From an uncultured virus (IMG/VR IMGVR_UViG_3300047409_000475) (lineage: Duplodnaviria; Heunggongvirae; Uroviricota; Caudoviricetes), in the IMG/VR virus record IMGVR_UViG_3300047409_000475: a DNA stretch of 64,000 bases. One strand, given 5' to 3'. Below, in pieces: positions 1 to 10,251 of the stretch; positions within the stretch are counted from its first letter, which is position 1, and each line of letters starts with the position of its first letter. A program made the position numbers and the translations under genes. Below the pieces are notes generated by a model that did no database searches, was not told the DNA's origin, and worked only from the letters and a program-made list of their open reading frames with translations.

Positions 1-478
1 TCCGCTTGGCGATGCCGGTGGGCTGTCTCGGCGTCTCAGGTGCGAACACCCGATACGCCGACTTGACCTTGCGGCGATCCGTCTCAACCCACTTCACCAC
101 GCCGCCGCCAATCGTCTCGGCGACGTGGCCGCTCGACACCGCCACCCAGTGCTTGGTGACGTTGACGAGGAAGGCACCCGGCATGTGCTGGGTGTCGTCC
201 ACGAACTGCCCCAGTGTCTTCAGGTCAGTGGTGGGGTAGTCCGTGACCTTGCAGCCGAGGCGCTCCAGCACCGCCGTCACCTCGTAGGTGCTGGTGCTCT
301 TCGGGAACGGTCGCCGCCGCTTGCTGGGCTTCCTGCGCTGGCTGCGCCACCAGTCGTCACGCACGCGGAAGATCATCTTCTCCACACGCGTGAGCGGCGT
401 GCCGGTGAGGGCGGACACTGCGGCGGGTCCGCAGTAGTAGACCCGCCTGCCGGTGTCGTTCTGGACTGGCCACAGCAT
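1..478 (-). CDS. Papain/C39-like peptidase-fold protein (runs off window start)
   Basis: Translated by hand, not in ORF track: ATG at 478 overlaps upstream TGA; MLWPVQNDTGRRVYYCGPAAVSALTG...FLVNVTKHWVAV; open to position 1; Cys (CGPA) and His (HWVAV) motifs. Confidence 0.6.
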   Translation of the reverse strand, partial: MLWPVQNDTGRRVYYCGPAAVSALTGTPLTRVEKMIFRVRDDWWRSQRRKPSKRRRPFPKSTSTYEVTAVLERLGCKVTDYPTTDLKTLGQFVDDTQHMPGAFLVNVTKHWVAVSSGHVAETIGGGVVKWVETDRRKVKSAYRVFAPETPRQPTGIAKR

Positions 479-678
479 CATCCCCTCCCCGAGGTGAGCC
501 GGTCCCAGTCGCGCAGCGGCAGCTTGCCCTGCACCTTGGTGGCCGTCTCGCGGAAGTAGACCCACTTGCGACCGCGCGAGATGAGTTGCACCCCGCGCGT
601 GCCAGAGCCAATGCGGGGGCACTGGTCCTGCAGATAAATCCACGCGTCAGAGCGTGGTCGTCTCTTACTCATGGTCAT
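478..678 (-). CDS. Hypothetical phage protein
   Basis: Starts at the GGAGAATGACCATG cassette on the minus strand; TGATG coupling to the next gene. Confidence 0.7.
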   Translation of the reverse strand: MTMSKRRPRSDAWIYLQDQCPRIGSGTRGVQLISRGRKWVYFRETATKVQGKLPLRDWDRLTSGRG

Positions 679-719
679 TCTCCAAGTTGTCAAAGAACAG
701 GCGGCGACGTTGCCGACTA

Positions 720-825
720 CACATATATAAGCACTTATATCAATAAGTCAAATCGACCAACACGTTAGGTCATAAAAACGGGGTGATTTGACAAGACTGG
801 GTTGTTGCTATACAAGCACTTAGCC
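720..825. promoter_or_regulatory. Divergent promoter/operator region
   Basis: AT-rich; leftward TTGACT-N16-TATATA; rightward TTGACA at 788; palindrome ATATAAG-CA-CTTATAT at 725-740; near copy at 809-823. Confidence 0.6.
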
Positions 826-901
826 CTGCGACAATCTGTCATTTTCGCTTGTGTGCAAACTCGAAGCATGCCATCTGTCCCGGCCGGGAGAACGAGAATA
901 A

Positions 902-2383
902 ATGCGCCTCACCGATCCGATGATCGAGAACGTCGTCACCATGCTGGGCTGGAGCCCGCATGGCAATGTCATCGGCCGGATGCTCGAAGGCGTGGAATTG
1001 CCCAACGAGTATGGGCTGATCGCGTCGCGCTGCCGGGGCTACTGGAAGCAGCACAACAGCCCGCCCGCGCTGCACCTCCCCGACCTCTTCGACGACGTGC
1101 TGTCGCGCTCCGACGATCCGCGTGCCATCGCGCTGCGCTCCATCCTTGGCCAGATGCAGAGCCTCAAGGACGGCATCAACGCGGGCTACGTCATCGGGCG
1201 CATGTCCAGCTTCCGCCGCCTGACCGCCATGCGGCAGGCGGTGCTCGATGTGGCGGGCCGCCTGTCACGCGAGGATGACACGACGCTTGCCGACGCCGAG
1301 AGCATGCTGTCCACGCTGCTGCGCTCGCGCGAGATCGAGTTCGATGCGGGCTTGGGCCTTGGCAACCTCGACGAGTTCATGGCCTACATGAACATCGAGC
1401 GCGGCTTCAAGATCGGCATCCCGCCGCTCGACATGATCGGCATCACCCCGACGCGCAAGACGCTGTTCTGCAAGCTGGGCGTGGCCGGGAGAGGGAAGAC
1501 TTGGTTCCTCGTGCACTGCGGCAAGCAGGCTCTCAGGGCGGGCCTGCGCGTCGTGCACATCAGCCTTGAGATCGACGCGCCGTCGGTGCTGTCGCGCTAC
1601 TACCAGAGCATGTTCACGGCCAGCGAGCATCAGGTCAAGCACCTGATCACCACGCTCACGACCGACCACACCGGCCGCGTCACCGCCAGCCCACAGACCG
1701 AGGTGGACCCGGCCTTCGCCTTCCGCCATGACGGCCAGATCAACCCGGAGCTCCACACCGAGCTCGCTGTGCGCCTGACCCACATCGGCGCGACCGCCGA
1801 GAACCTCCGCATCCGCTCGTGGCCGCCACGCGTCGCCAGCATCGACAGCATCGAGGCCTACCTCGACACGCTTGCCGACATGGGACATTTCCAACCCGAC
1901 ATTATCCTTGTCGATTACCCGCAACTGCTCAAGGCGTCGGTCAATCATTACCGGCTGGAGCTCGGCCAGAACGTCGAGCACCTGCGGCGCATCGCCATCG
2001 AGCGTAACTGTGCAATGGTCATGGTGCACCAATCGAGCCGCGCCGGGGCCAAGTCGAAGAGCGTCGGCATGACGCACATCGCCGAGGATTGGAGCGTGGT
2101 GCAGACCTCAGACTTCCTGCTTGCCTACTCGGCCACCGAGAGCGAGCAGGCCTTCGGTCTGGCGCGCTTGCACATCGAGAAAGCGCGCGTGCCCGGCGCA
2201 AAGGGCAAGACGTTGATCGTGTCGCAGAACTACGACATCGGCCAATATTGCCTGTCCGCCGTGTTGATCCCGCCCAACTACTTGGACTACATGGAGGCTC
2301 GCTCCCCGCATCAACGTCCCGGTGTGGAAGCAGCGCCGGACGACGATGATGTGCCGGACGACGAGGAAGGGCCATTCGAATGA
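902..2383 (+). CDS. DnaB-like (SF4) replicative helicase
   Basis: Walker A GVAGRGKT, HISLE, ILVDYPQLL, HQSSR, IAED, EKAR. Confidence 0.88.
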   Translation: MRLTDPMIENVVTMLGWSPHGNVIGRMLEGVELPNEYGLIASRCRGYWKQHNSPPALHLPDLFDDVLSRSDDPRAIALRSILGQMQSLKDGINAGYVIGRMSSFRRLTAMRQAVLDVAGRLSREDDTTLADAESMLSTLLRSREIEFDAGLGLGNLDEFMAYMNIERGFKIGIPPLDMIGITPTRKTLFCKLGVAGRGKTWFLVHCGKQALRAGLRVVHISLEIDAPSVLSRYYQSMFTASEHQVKHLITTLTTDHTGRVTASPQTEVDPAFAFRHDGQINPELHTELAVRLTHIGATAENLRIRSWPPRVASIDSIEAYLDTLADMGHFQPDIILVDYPQLLKASVNHYRLELGQNVEHLRRIAIERNCAMVMVHQSSRAGAKSKSVGMTHIAEDWSVVQTSDFLLAYSATESEQAFGLARLHIEKARVPGAKGKTLIVSQNYDIGQYCLSAVLIPPNYLDYMEARSPHQRPGVEAAPDDDDVPDDEEGPFE

Positions 2384-2637
2384 GCAGGAAGCCACGCAAG
2401 GCGAAGCCGATCTGGACGCCTGACGACATTACTACAGAGGAGGATGAGTATGCGGCCCGCCGTGGTGCGGTGTGGCGGCAACTTATTCAGGAGCCCGACC
2501 GTGACCTCGACACGATGGTGTTGGTGTGCGCCGAGTATGGGATCGATGTGACCAAGGATTACGTGCGTTCAACGAGGGCAAGATGGCGCAATACAATAGA
2601 AGTGCTTCGCGAAGAGGGCTTTCACGTCCCCGGATGA
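2380..2637 (+). CDS. Hypothetical protein
   Basis: ATGA overlaps at both ends. Confidence 0.7.
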   Translation: MSRKPRKAKPIWTPDDITTEEDEYAARRGAVWRQLIQEPDRDLDTMVLVCAEYGIDVTKDYVRSTRARWRNTIEVLREEGFHVPG

Positions 2638-4184
2638 CCTACCAGCCACGCATCAACCGTGGCGTCGAGGCGTTTGTCGAGCGCAAGCGCCGCGACTTCC
2701 GCACCTGCCTCGACTGGCAGGCGCTGGACATCGAGAAGGCCGTCGCGAAGCTGCCGGTGCACCCGCCGTTCTTCGCGCGGCTGCGCCGCTCGCAGCAGAT
2801 ATGCGTCACCATCGGAGCGCACATGCGGCGCTTCGCTTTTTTCAACGACATGGGCACCGGCAAATCATTCGTGGCGATGGCCATCGCCGCCTACTATGCC
2901 GAGGCCGAGGGCGCGAAGCGCTTCCTTGTGCTGGTGCCCAACCGGGTGAACTTGCGTGGCTGGCTCGACCAGATCAACAAGCACGCCCCCGAGGTCAAGG
3001 CGGTGGCGCTGCCGTCGAACATGGAGGCGAAGCTTGCCACGCTGGAGAGCAGCGACGCGCTGCTCTACATCGAGACATACGCAGGCTTCGCGCGCATGTG
3101 TGCCAAGCAGGGCCGCAGCAAGATGGTCCCCGATCCGGCCATGGTGCAGCGCATGGCCAAGCTGCTCGATGGGCTGATCCTCGACGAGAGCAGCGCCATC
3201 GGGCATCACAAGAGCCTGCAGACCGAGGTGGTGACCGACATCGCCGAGCACGCCGACGCCGCCAAGCTGTGCGTGTTCCTGCTGTCCGGCACGCCGTTCG
3301 GCCGTGACCCGCATTTGCTCTGGAGCCAAATGAAGCTGCTCGACCAAGGCTACACGCTGGGTGAGACGCTGGGCATCTTCCGCGCCACGTTCTTCCGCAC
3401 CGAGCAGAATTATTTCGGCGGCCTGAGCCACGTCTTTCTGAAGAAGCAGACGCCGCTGCTGCACCGGCACATCGCGCACCGCTCCATCCGCTTCGCGCTC
3501 GATCAGGCTGACCTTCCGGCCGTCACGCCCATCGTCGTGCACCTCGACCTCGCCATCGATGCTGGCCAGCTATACGAGGCAGCCGTCAAGCAGCTACGCG
3601 CCAGCCGTGGCAACTACGATTTGTGCAAGAACGCCTTCATGCGGATGCGGCAAATCTCCAGCGGCTTCATCAACCTCAAAAACCCCGACACCGGAGAGCG
3701 TGAGCGGCTGGAGTTCAAGGACAACCCGAAGCTTGAGTGGGTCAAGTCACAGATCGGCGCGCTGGACGGTCAGGTGCTGATCTACCACGACTTCATCCAC
3801 AGCGGCGAGGTGCTCAAGGCGGCGCTCGACGAGATGAAGGTGAGCAACTGCATCATCAACGGCAAGGTCAGCAGCGGCGAGGTGAACCGCGCCTACGACG
3901 ATTTCACTCAGGGCAAGAAGCAAGTGCTGTTGCTCAACAGTCAGGCCGGTGCCTTTGGCGTCAACCTGCAGTGCGCCAAGTATGGGGTTTTCTACGAGAG
4001 CCCGGTCCCGGTCATCATCCGCAAGCAGACCGAGCTCCGCTTCATCCGCCCCGGCTCCGAGCATCAGAAGGTGGTCAAGATCGACCTTGTCGTGCGCGAC
4101 ACGGTTGACGAGGCGATCCTGCAATTCCACGCACAGGGGGCCGATCTGTTCAAGGCAATCTTAGACGGTAGCTTCAAGCTGTGA
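2634..4184 (+). CDS. SNF2-family SF2 helicase
   Basis: DMGTGKS, ILDESS, LSGTP, RMRQISSGF, GVNLQ; ATG at 2634 overlaps upstream stop. Confidence 0.88.
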   Translation: MTYQPRINRGVEAFVERKRRDFRTCLDWQALDIEKAVAKLPVHPPFFARLRRSQQICVTIGAHMRRFAFFNDMGTGKSFVAMAIAAYYAEAEGAKRFLVLVPNRVNLRGWLDQINKHAPEVKAVALPSNMEAKLATLESSDALLYIETYAGFARMCAKQGRSKMVPDPAMVQRMAKLLDGLILDESSAIGHHKSLQTEVVTDIAEHADAAKLCVFLLSGTPFGRDPHLLWSQMKLLDQGYTLGETLGIFRATFFRTEQNYFGGLSHVFLKKQTPLLHRHIAHRSIRFALDQADLPAVTPIVVHLDLAIDAGQLYEAAVKQLRASRGNYDLCKNAFMRMRQISSGFINLKNPDTGERERLEFKDNPKLEWVKSQIGALDGQVLIYHDFIHSGEVLKAALDEMKVSNCIINGKVSSGEVNRAYDDFTQGKKQVLLLNSQAGAFGVNLQCAKYGVFYESPVPVIIRKQTELRFIRPGSEHQKVVKIDLVVRDTVDEAILQFHAQGADLFKAILDGSFKL

Positions 4185-4209
4185 TTTACCCTAGAGGAGG
4201 AATAAATCA

Positions 4210-4800
4210 GTGACCAACTCAAAGAAGCCAAAGAAGCCGAAATCGAAGTTTTCCACAGTGCGGCACCCGTTCCTGTTCAGCATCACGCGCGGCGATGGCA
4301 CCACCGTGGTGAAGCGGGTGTGGGCCAAGGTGGTCATGGCTACCGAGCCGGTGACGCTGACGGTGACGGAGGAGCACATCCGGCGCGCAATTGCCGTGGG
4401 CGGTATCGGCAACACGTCGCGCTGCACGATGGCGATTTGCTGCTATCAGCAACAGGAGGCCTTTCCCCACAAGATCGAGGGGCACGTCGATTGGAATTAC
4501 AGCCGCGCCTTCGTGGTCACCAAGACCGACAAGCTTGGCCTGCCAAGCGAGTGCGTCGCCTACGAGCACAGCAGCGGGATCGCCCGGTTGAACGATACTC
4601 CCGACGGCCTAGAGGTGCTGCTCAAACGCATCGCGGACAACGGTCCCATCACGGTGACGCTGCGACCTTATCGCAAGCGTTCGGAGGAGGATCGGCCGCA
4701 CGGCGCACGCGTGAGCACGGGTGTCCGTGACCCATCGCACCGGGGTGCAAACCTACGGCTGGATGTCGCCTACCTCAACAACCGCCCACAGGCCGATTGA
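4210..4800 (+). CDS. Hypothetical protein
   Basis: RBS GAGGAGG, GTG start, 196 aa. Confidence 0.75.
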   Translation: MTNSKKPKKPKSKFSTVRHPFLFSITRGDGTTVVKRVWAKVVMATEPVTLTVTEEHIRRAIAVGGIGNTSRCTMAICCYQQQEAFPHKIEGHVDWNYSRAFVVTKTDKLGLPSECVAYEHSSGIARLNDTPDGLEVLLKRIADNGPITVTLRPYRKRSEEDRPHGARVSTGVRDPSHRGANLRLDVAYLNNRPQAD

Positions 4801-5315
4801 TGATGGGTGCGGGTAGCAAGCGTAAGGGCTCATCCTTCGAGCGCAGTATTTGCACTTCGCTGTCGCTGTGGATCAGTGGCGGCAAGCACGACGATCTCCT
4901 GTGGAGATCGGCCATGTCGGGAGGGCGTGGAACCCGTCGGGAGCTCACGCGCGGAGCGCAGCAAGTCAGCGGCGACATCTGTGCGGTGGCTCCCGGCGGG
5001 CACGTGCTCACCAACTGGTGGCACATCGAAGCGAAGCACGTGAAGGCCATGAACCTCACCAGCTTCGCGCTGAAGGGCAGCGGCTGGATGGCCACCGAGT
5101 GGAAGCGCTGCAAGCGGCAGGCTGTCAGCCATCACAAGCTGCCGATGATGATCGTCAGGCAGAACCTGATGCCCGAGATCACGCTGCTGCAATATTACCT
5201 CTACTACGAGCCGCTGCTCACCATCCCGCAGCACGAGTGCTTCATCTACCTGCTGAAAGACATGCTTGATCAACCCTACACCATCCCACGCCTACCTCTG
5301 AGGGATCATGCGTAG
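4800..5315 (+). CDS. PD-(D/E)xK Holliday junction resolvase
   Basis: SKRKGSSFER, GDI, IEAK motifs. Confidence 0.8.
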   Translation: MMGAGSKRKGSSFERSICTSLSLWISGGKHDDLLWRSAMSGGRGTRRELTRGAQQVSGDICAVAPGGHVLTNWWHIEAKHVKAMNLTSFALKGSGWMATEWKRCKRQAVSHHKLPMMIVRQNLMPEITLLQYYLYYEPLLTIPQHECFIYLLKDMLDQPYTIPRLPLRDHA

Positions 5316-6300
5316 ACTGCTCCTCACCTGCGACTGGCATCTGTCGGACAATCCTCGCGACGCCTACCGCTTCGGAGCAGTGGAGCAGATCAGGAAGCTG
5401 ATCAGCGAGAACCACGTCGATGATCTGTTCATTCTCGGTGACCTCACCGATCACCCCGGCGGTCACTCAGCCGCTTTCACCAACCGCATCGTCGAGCTAT
5501 TGGCGGCCATCGGCGTCGTGTGCCATGTGCACATCCTGCGCGGCAACCATGACGCCTCCGATCCTTCGGTGCCGTTCTTTCGCTTCATCAACTGCATCCC
5601 CGGCTGCCGCTACGTCACCGAGTTGATTGGCTGGGAGGCCGAGGGGCACCGCGTCTTGATGGTGCCCAACGGCGCGTGGCCACAACCACTCCCCGACGGC
5701 TTCGACATGGTGTTTGCACATCAGACATTCGCAGGAGCTAAAGCGGAGCACGGCACTACCCTCAACGGTCTGCGGCTGCCTCTCGTCAGCGGGCCGATAT
5801 TTAGTGGGGACGTGCATGTGCCACAACGGCAGGGCATGGTGACCTACATTGGAGCTCCAACGCTCATGCGCTTCGGCGACACCTACAAGCCGCGCGTGCT
5901 GCTGATGGACCTGTCCTTCGCCACCGCTCCAATCGTGCGTTCCGGGCCCATTGGCGGCCCGACCAAGCGGCTGGTCGATGTGCAGGCACACGCCGATGGC
6001 GACCTCACTTGGCACGGCATCAGCGCCGTCAACAAGGGTGATATCGTCAAGGTGCGCGTCTCCTTCCACGGCGAGATACCGTCAATGGCGCACATGCGTG
6101 CCAACCTCGACCGCGCCATCAAGGAGCGCAACGCCACCCTCTACAGCATCGACGTGGGCAACAACACGCGCGACCGCGCCCCCGTTCCCACTCGACCGGT
6201 GTCGCGATCCGACGCCGACCTCGTGCGCCAGTATGGCGCTTCCCGCAGCCTCGCCCAGCCGGTCATCAAGGCGGGACTGGACATCGTGAAAGGAGAATGA
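5308..6300 (+). CDS. SbcD/Mre11-like metallophosphoesterase nuclease
   Basis: DWH, GDLTD, GNHD, AHQ, GDVH motifs; partner ATPase downstream. Confidence 0.88.
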   Translation: MRRLLLTCDWHLSDNPRDAYRFGAVEQIRKLISENHVDDLFILGDLTDHPGGHSAAFTNRIVELLAAIGVVCHVHILRGNHDASDPSVPFFRFINCIPGCRYVTELIGWEAEGHRVLMVPNGAWPQPLPDGFDMVFAHQTFAGAKAEHGTTLNGLRLPLVSGPIFSGDVHVPQRQGMVTYIGAPTLMRFGDTYKPRVLLMDLSFATAPIVRSGPIGGPTKRLVDVQAHADGDLTWHGISAVNKGDIVKVRVSFHGEIPSMAHMRANLDRAIKERNATLYSIDVGNNTRDRAPVPTRPVSRSDADLVRQYGASRSLAQPVIKAGLDIVKGE

Positions 6301-6737
6301 CCATGGCACAGGCCCGACGCAATGACCCGCCAACCTCACACTCGGCGATAAGTTCAAACGACATTGAGGGCCATAACCTGACGGTGTGGCAGATGCTCTA
6401 CCGCATGCCCAACAACCGAAGCGCGACGTGGGACGAAGCGAAGAAGGAACTGCACCCCATGAAGCCCGACAGCATCAGCCCGCGCTTCAAGACCTTGGTG
6501 CGCCGCAAGTATGCCTACCGCATCGAGGTGGACAAGGACGGCAACGAGATCGGCATCATCACGGGCGACGACGTGCTGCGCAAGAAAATCCGCTACAAGA
6601 CGCGCGCCTGCATCTACAGCCGTGGGCGGCAACTGGTGAACTACTGGAAGCATCCGGATCAGGACGTGGTGTGGACGCCGCCGCCACCGAAGCCAGTGCC
6701 GCCACCAAAGGCGGTCAAGCCCAAGAGGATCAAATGA
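6297..6737 (+). CDS. Putative DNA-binding protein
   Basis: ARRNDPPTSHSA N-terminus and SISPRFKTL helix, as in small phage wHTH proteins. Confidence 0.55.
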   Translation: MTMAQARRNDPPTSHSAISSNDIEGHNLTVWQMLYRMPNNRSATWDEAKKELHPMKPDSISPRFKTLVRRKYAYRIEVDKDGNEIGIITGDDVLRKKIRYKTRACIYSRGRQLVNYWKHPDQDVVWTPPPPKPVPPPKAVKPKRIK

Positions 6738-7042
6738 ACGAGGAACGCGATCCCACCCCCGCCGAGCGCAAGCTTTATGCTGAGGTGTGCGCGGCGGTGC
6801 TCGACACGCTCGAACCCTTCTTGGATCACGCGCTGACCGTGCGTGACAACGACACCATCGATCCGTCGATCATCCTTGACGCCACGCTGCGCGCTGTCGC
6901 CGACATCGTCGTGGCCAATCACCACGGTGCGCCGCCGCACAATTGCAAATGCGAGGAGAACGCCGTGCGCAGCCTGCGCTACGCTCTCAAGGCGTCGCGC
7001 GATACCTTGGAGGCGCACGAACCGTCCCATGCGCAGCATTGA
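6734..7042 (+). CDS. Hypothetical protein
   Basis: ATGA overlap, MNEERDPT... Confidence 0.65.
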   Translation: MNEERDPTPAERKLYAEVCAAVLDTLEPFLDHALTVRDNDTIDPSIILDATLRAVADIVVANHHGAPPHNCKCEENAVRSLRYALKASRDTLEAHEPSHAQH

Positions 7043-8735
7043 TTTTCAGCGGCTGCACGCCGAGCGCTTCAAGGTCTACTCCGACTTCAGCTTCGACTTC
7101 TCCAAGTTCGGACCCGGCTGCCACTCGATCCGGGGCGTCAACATGGTGACCCCGAGGCTCGGCTCGAACGGCACCGGCAAGTCCACTCTCTGGGATGCGC
7201 TGCTGTTCGTGCTGTTCGGCAAGACGGCAAAGAAGCTGCGCAGCCAAGACGTGGTGCCCTACGGCACGCAGCATAATCCGAAGGTCACGCTCGACCTCAG
7301 CATCGACGGCACGCCCTACCAGATCGAGCGACGTGCGTGGCCGCATGCGCTGATGATCTCCAGCGAAGGGCGCATCGTCTCCAGCAGTTCACAGGAGCAC
7401 ATCAACCAGTTGCTCGGCATGGACATGGACATGTTCATGCACACCGTGATCCTCGCGCAGGGAGCTCCGCTGTTCTTGGACCTCGCACCGCGTGAGAAGC
7501 TTGAACTGCTCTCCGACGTGCTCAACCTGACGCGCTTCGAGATGTATGCCATCGCCGCCAAGAACCGCGTCGGCACGATCAAGCTTGAAGACCACACGCT
7601 GCAGATCGCCCGCTCCACGGTCGAGGGGCAACTGGCCGAGGTGGAGCGGCAACTCGACAGCGTGCAGAAGCAGGCGCGTGAGTTCGTCACCGAGCGCAAC
7701 GCCGCGCTCAAGGTGTTCAAGGCGCGCGTCACCGAGGCCGAGCGCCACCTTGGCACGGTCGAGACGAAGGTCATGGCCGCCAAGATCGACCGCGATGCCG
7801 CCTACCTCGAAGTGTCCGACGCATCGGTGGCGATGACCAAGGCGATGGCCAGCTACCAGATGGGCGTGCAGCTACGCATCAAGGCCGGTCGCATGACCGT
7901 CGGCTCCAACTGCCCGCAGTGCGGACAGCCGGTCAGCAAGGAGGCACGCTCCTGCATCGCCGAGGAAGCCGAGCGGCTGGTCACCGAGAGCAACTACGAC
8001 ACGCTGGCCGAGGTGCACGGCAAGCTGGCGGCCAGCTACCGTGAGGTGGCCAACGACTGCGAGAGCCTGCTCAACGATGAGCGCAGCGCCCTTGTCAAGT
8101 TGATCAGTCTCAAGACCGCGCTCGCCGAGCTACAGGGGCGGGTCAACCCGCACGAGGCACAGGGCGACGCCCTGACCAAGCGCCGCGCCAAGCTAGAGGA
8201 GCGCGCCGCCGAGATCGATGCGCGCCGCGACGTGCTGGAGGCCGAGCGGCAGACCCTCGATCCATGGATCGACGGTTTTCGCGACATCCGGCTGATCGTG
8301 CTCGAAGACGTGCTTGCCTCGCTGAGCGTGCTCACCACCAGCTACGCCAACGAGCTCGGACTGCCGTGCGACGTGCGCTTCAGCATCGACCGCACCACCA
8401 AGTCCGGCACCACCGTCAGCGGCATCCAGATGACCGTGGACGCGGTTGAGAAGCTGGAGGCATGGTCAGGCGGGGAAGCGCAGCGCCTGCGTCTGGCGGC
8501 CTCGCTGGCGCTGTCGTCCAGCCTGCTGGTCGAGGCGGGCCTGAACTTCGACCTCCTCGCCTTGGACGAGCCCAGCGCCCACCTGAGCACCGAAGGGCTG
8601 GACGAGCTCACCACCTTCCTCAGCCTGCACGCCGAGGCCGAGGGCAGGCGCATCTTCCTGACCGATCAGCGGCACCTCGCCGTTGACAGCACGGTCACCC
8701 TGACAAGGGCCGGGAGCAACGTCACCCTCGCATAG
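7029..8735 (+). CDS. SbcC/Rad50-like ATPase
   Basis: GSNGTGKST, LAQG Q-loop, coiled coil with CPQC hook, WSGGE signature, LALDEP. Confidence 0.9.
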   Translation: MRSIDFQRLHAERFKVYSDFSFDFSKFGPGCHSIRGVNMVTPRLGSNGTGKSTLWDALLFVLFGKTAKKLRSQDVVPYGTQHNPKVTLDLSIDGTPYQIERRAWPHALMISSEGRIVSSSSQEHINQLLGMDMDMFMHTVILAQGAPLFLDLAPREKLELLSDVLNLTRFEMYAIAAKNRVGTIKLEDHTLQIARSTVEGQLAEVERQLDSVQKQAREFVTERNAALKVFKARVTEAERHLGTVETKVMAAKIDRDAAYLEVSDASVAMTKAMASYQMGVQLRIKAGRMTVGSNCPQCGQPVSKEARSCIAEEAERLVTESNYDTLAEVHGKLAASYREVANDCESLLNDERSALVKLISLKTALAELQGRVNPHEAQGDALTKRRAKLEERAAEIDARRDVLEAERQTLDPWIDGFRDIRLIVLEDVLASLSVLTTSYANELGLPCDVRFSIDRTTKSGTTVSGIQMTVDAVEKLEAWSGGEAQRLRLAASLALSSSLLVEAGLNFDLLALDEPSAHLSTEGLDELTTFLSLHAEAEGRRIFLTDQRHLAVDSTVTLTRAGSNVTLA

Positions 8736-8753
8736 CTTCCATGCAGTAATCCC

Positions 8754-8783
8754 CTTGAATGCCGCATATACCAACTTATATGC
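8754..8783 (+). promoter_or_regulatory. Sigma70-like early promoter with overlapping palindrome
   Basis: CTTGAA-N16-TTATAT; inverted repeat GCATATA-N6-TATATGC at 8764-8783. Confidence 0.6.
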
Positions 8784-8795
8784 TTTTCAAGGAGA

Positions 8796-9089
8796 ATGAC
8801 CATGAGAACCTACTACACACTGGTTGAACGCGACGCCCCCGGCGAGCTCTGGACGATCCAGTTCGGCGACTATGACCCGGACACGGTCAAGGCCGAGCGC
8901 GACGACTTCCGCGATCACGGCGTCCGCGCCAAGAACCTCAAGATCATCCGCACCACGAGCGACAAGTGGACTGCCATCGAGGCGGCCGTCGCCCGCCTCA
9001 ACCTGACGACCGGTGCGATCTTTGAGCGCCCGAGCGTCGATCCCGATGGTTACGACCGCGACAATCTGGGTGAGAGCCCGGACTTCTAG
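8796..9089 (+). CDS. Small early hypothetical protein
   Basis: AGGAGAATGACCATG start cassette. Confidence 0.75.
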   Translation: MTMRTYYTLVERDAPGELWTIQFGDYDPDTVKAERDDFRDHGVRAKNLKIIRTTSDKWTAIEAAVARLNLTTGAIFERPSVDPDGYDRDNLGESPDF

Positions 9090-9099
9090 GAGAACGGCC

Positions 9100-9300
9100 A
9101 TGAAGAGTAAGCTTGTTGCCAGCGGCAACGGTGCCATCGACAGGCAGCGCCCCGGTTTTGTCGAGCTCTACGACCGGGGCGAGCTCCTCTGGCTGATCGC
9201 CGCCAACGTCAGTAGCAGGGGCGCAGACCTCGAAGAGTTGGCACACATCGCCGAGCTCACCGACGCCGAGATCGCCGATGTCCGCACCATGATTGACTAG
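9100..9300 (+). CDS. Small early hypothetical protein
   Basis: AGGAG RBS, MKSKLV... Confidence 0.65.
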   Translation: MKSKLVASGNGAIDRQRPGFVELYDRGELLWLIAANVSSRGADLEELAHIAELTDAEIADVRTMID

Positions 9301-9303
9301 GAG

Positions 9304-9579
9304 ATGACCATGACCACCATTCGCTTCAACACCGGCCGGGGCTACACGTCTTCCGGCCAGCGCATCGTAGCCACGTTGCACGACGATGGTATCGTGACCT
9401 TCATGGATCACGACCGTGGCATCAGCGGCGAGTATTGGAAGTCCGACCGCGACAGCTTCGACGCTGCCAACGTCATGGACCACTACGACAGCGGCGACTA
9501 CACCAGCGGTCGCCGCTCTTGGGCCGATGGCATGGCGCGTGACGGCGTCAATGCCCTGACGGCATACCCCGGTAACTAG
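9304..9579 (+). CDS. Small early hypothetical protein
   Basis: AGGAGATGACCATG start cassette. Confidence 0.75.
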   Translation: MTMTTIRFNTGRGYTSSGQRIVATLHDDGIVTFMDHDRGISGEYWKSDRDSFDAANVMDHYDSGDYTSGRRSWADGMARDGVNALTAYPGN

Positions 9580-9592
9580 AGTTTGCAAGGAG

Positions 9593-9847
9593 ATGACCAT
9601 GACCATTACATCGACCAGCGACGACAAGATCGTCGCCGCCGCACTCGCACTGACCAACGCCAACCGCGAGCGGGACAGGGCGCACGAGCAAGCACGCAGG
9701 GCAGCCTACGTGGCTGATGCAGCCCACAAGAGCGCTGCCATCGAGCAGGCCAACTTCAACGAGGCACGCGACTATGCGGCGCGCATGGCCGACCTCGCCA
9801 AGGAGGCATTGCAGGCCTTCAACGCGCTGAACGCGAAGGGAGAATGA
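9593..9847 (+). CDS. Small helical early protein
   Basis: AGGAGATGACCATG start cassette. Confidence 0.7.
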   Translation: MTMTITSTSDDKIVAAALALTNANRERDRAHEQARRAAYVADAAHKSAAIEQANFNEARDYAARMADLAKEALQAFNALNAKGE

Positions 9848-10058
9848 CCATGACCGGCAACAACAGGAATGCCAACTACAGCCGCGAAGCTTATCAGCGC
9901 CGCATCAACGCTTCGTCGAGCGCGTCGCCAACATGCGGGTGCCCATGAGCCGCGAGCGCCGTGACAACATCGAGACAGCGCGCTTCCTCATGCTCGCGGA
10001 GATCATTGCCGACGCACGCGAGTTCTACCCCCTGAAAGGAGAATTGACCAATGACTGA
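9844..10058 (+). pseudogene. Small gene split by an apparent 1-nt frameshift near 9909 (or two coupled micro-ORFs)
   Basis: Frame 1 reads MTMTGNN...YQRRIN then looks off-frame; frame 3 reads RFVERVANMRVPMSRERRDNIE... to 10058. Confidence 0.4.
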
Positions 10059-10251
10059 CGAGCAACAAGCCGACGAGGAGTTGGCCACACGCGTTGAGAA
10101 TGTGCTGCTCACCGTGCTTGCCGAAGCCGACTACGACGTTGACGCGGCACTGGCGCGCATGGGTGGGAAGAACCCGGAGGCCGGTCTGCGGAACCGCACC
10201 CTGCGGGAGCTCTTCGAGGCGATGAAGGATGCACGGGAGAACATGCAATGA
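10051..10251 (+). CDS. Hypothetical protein
   Basis: AAGGAG RBS. Confidence 0.7.
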   Translation: MTDEQQADEELATRVENVLLTVLAEADYDVDAALARMGGKNPEAGLRNRTLRELFEAMKDARENMQ

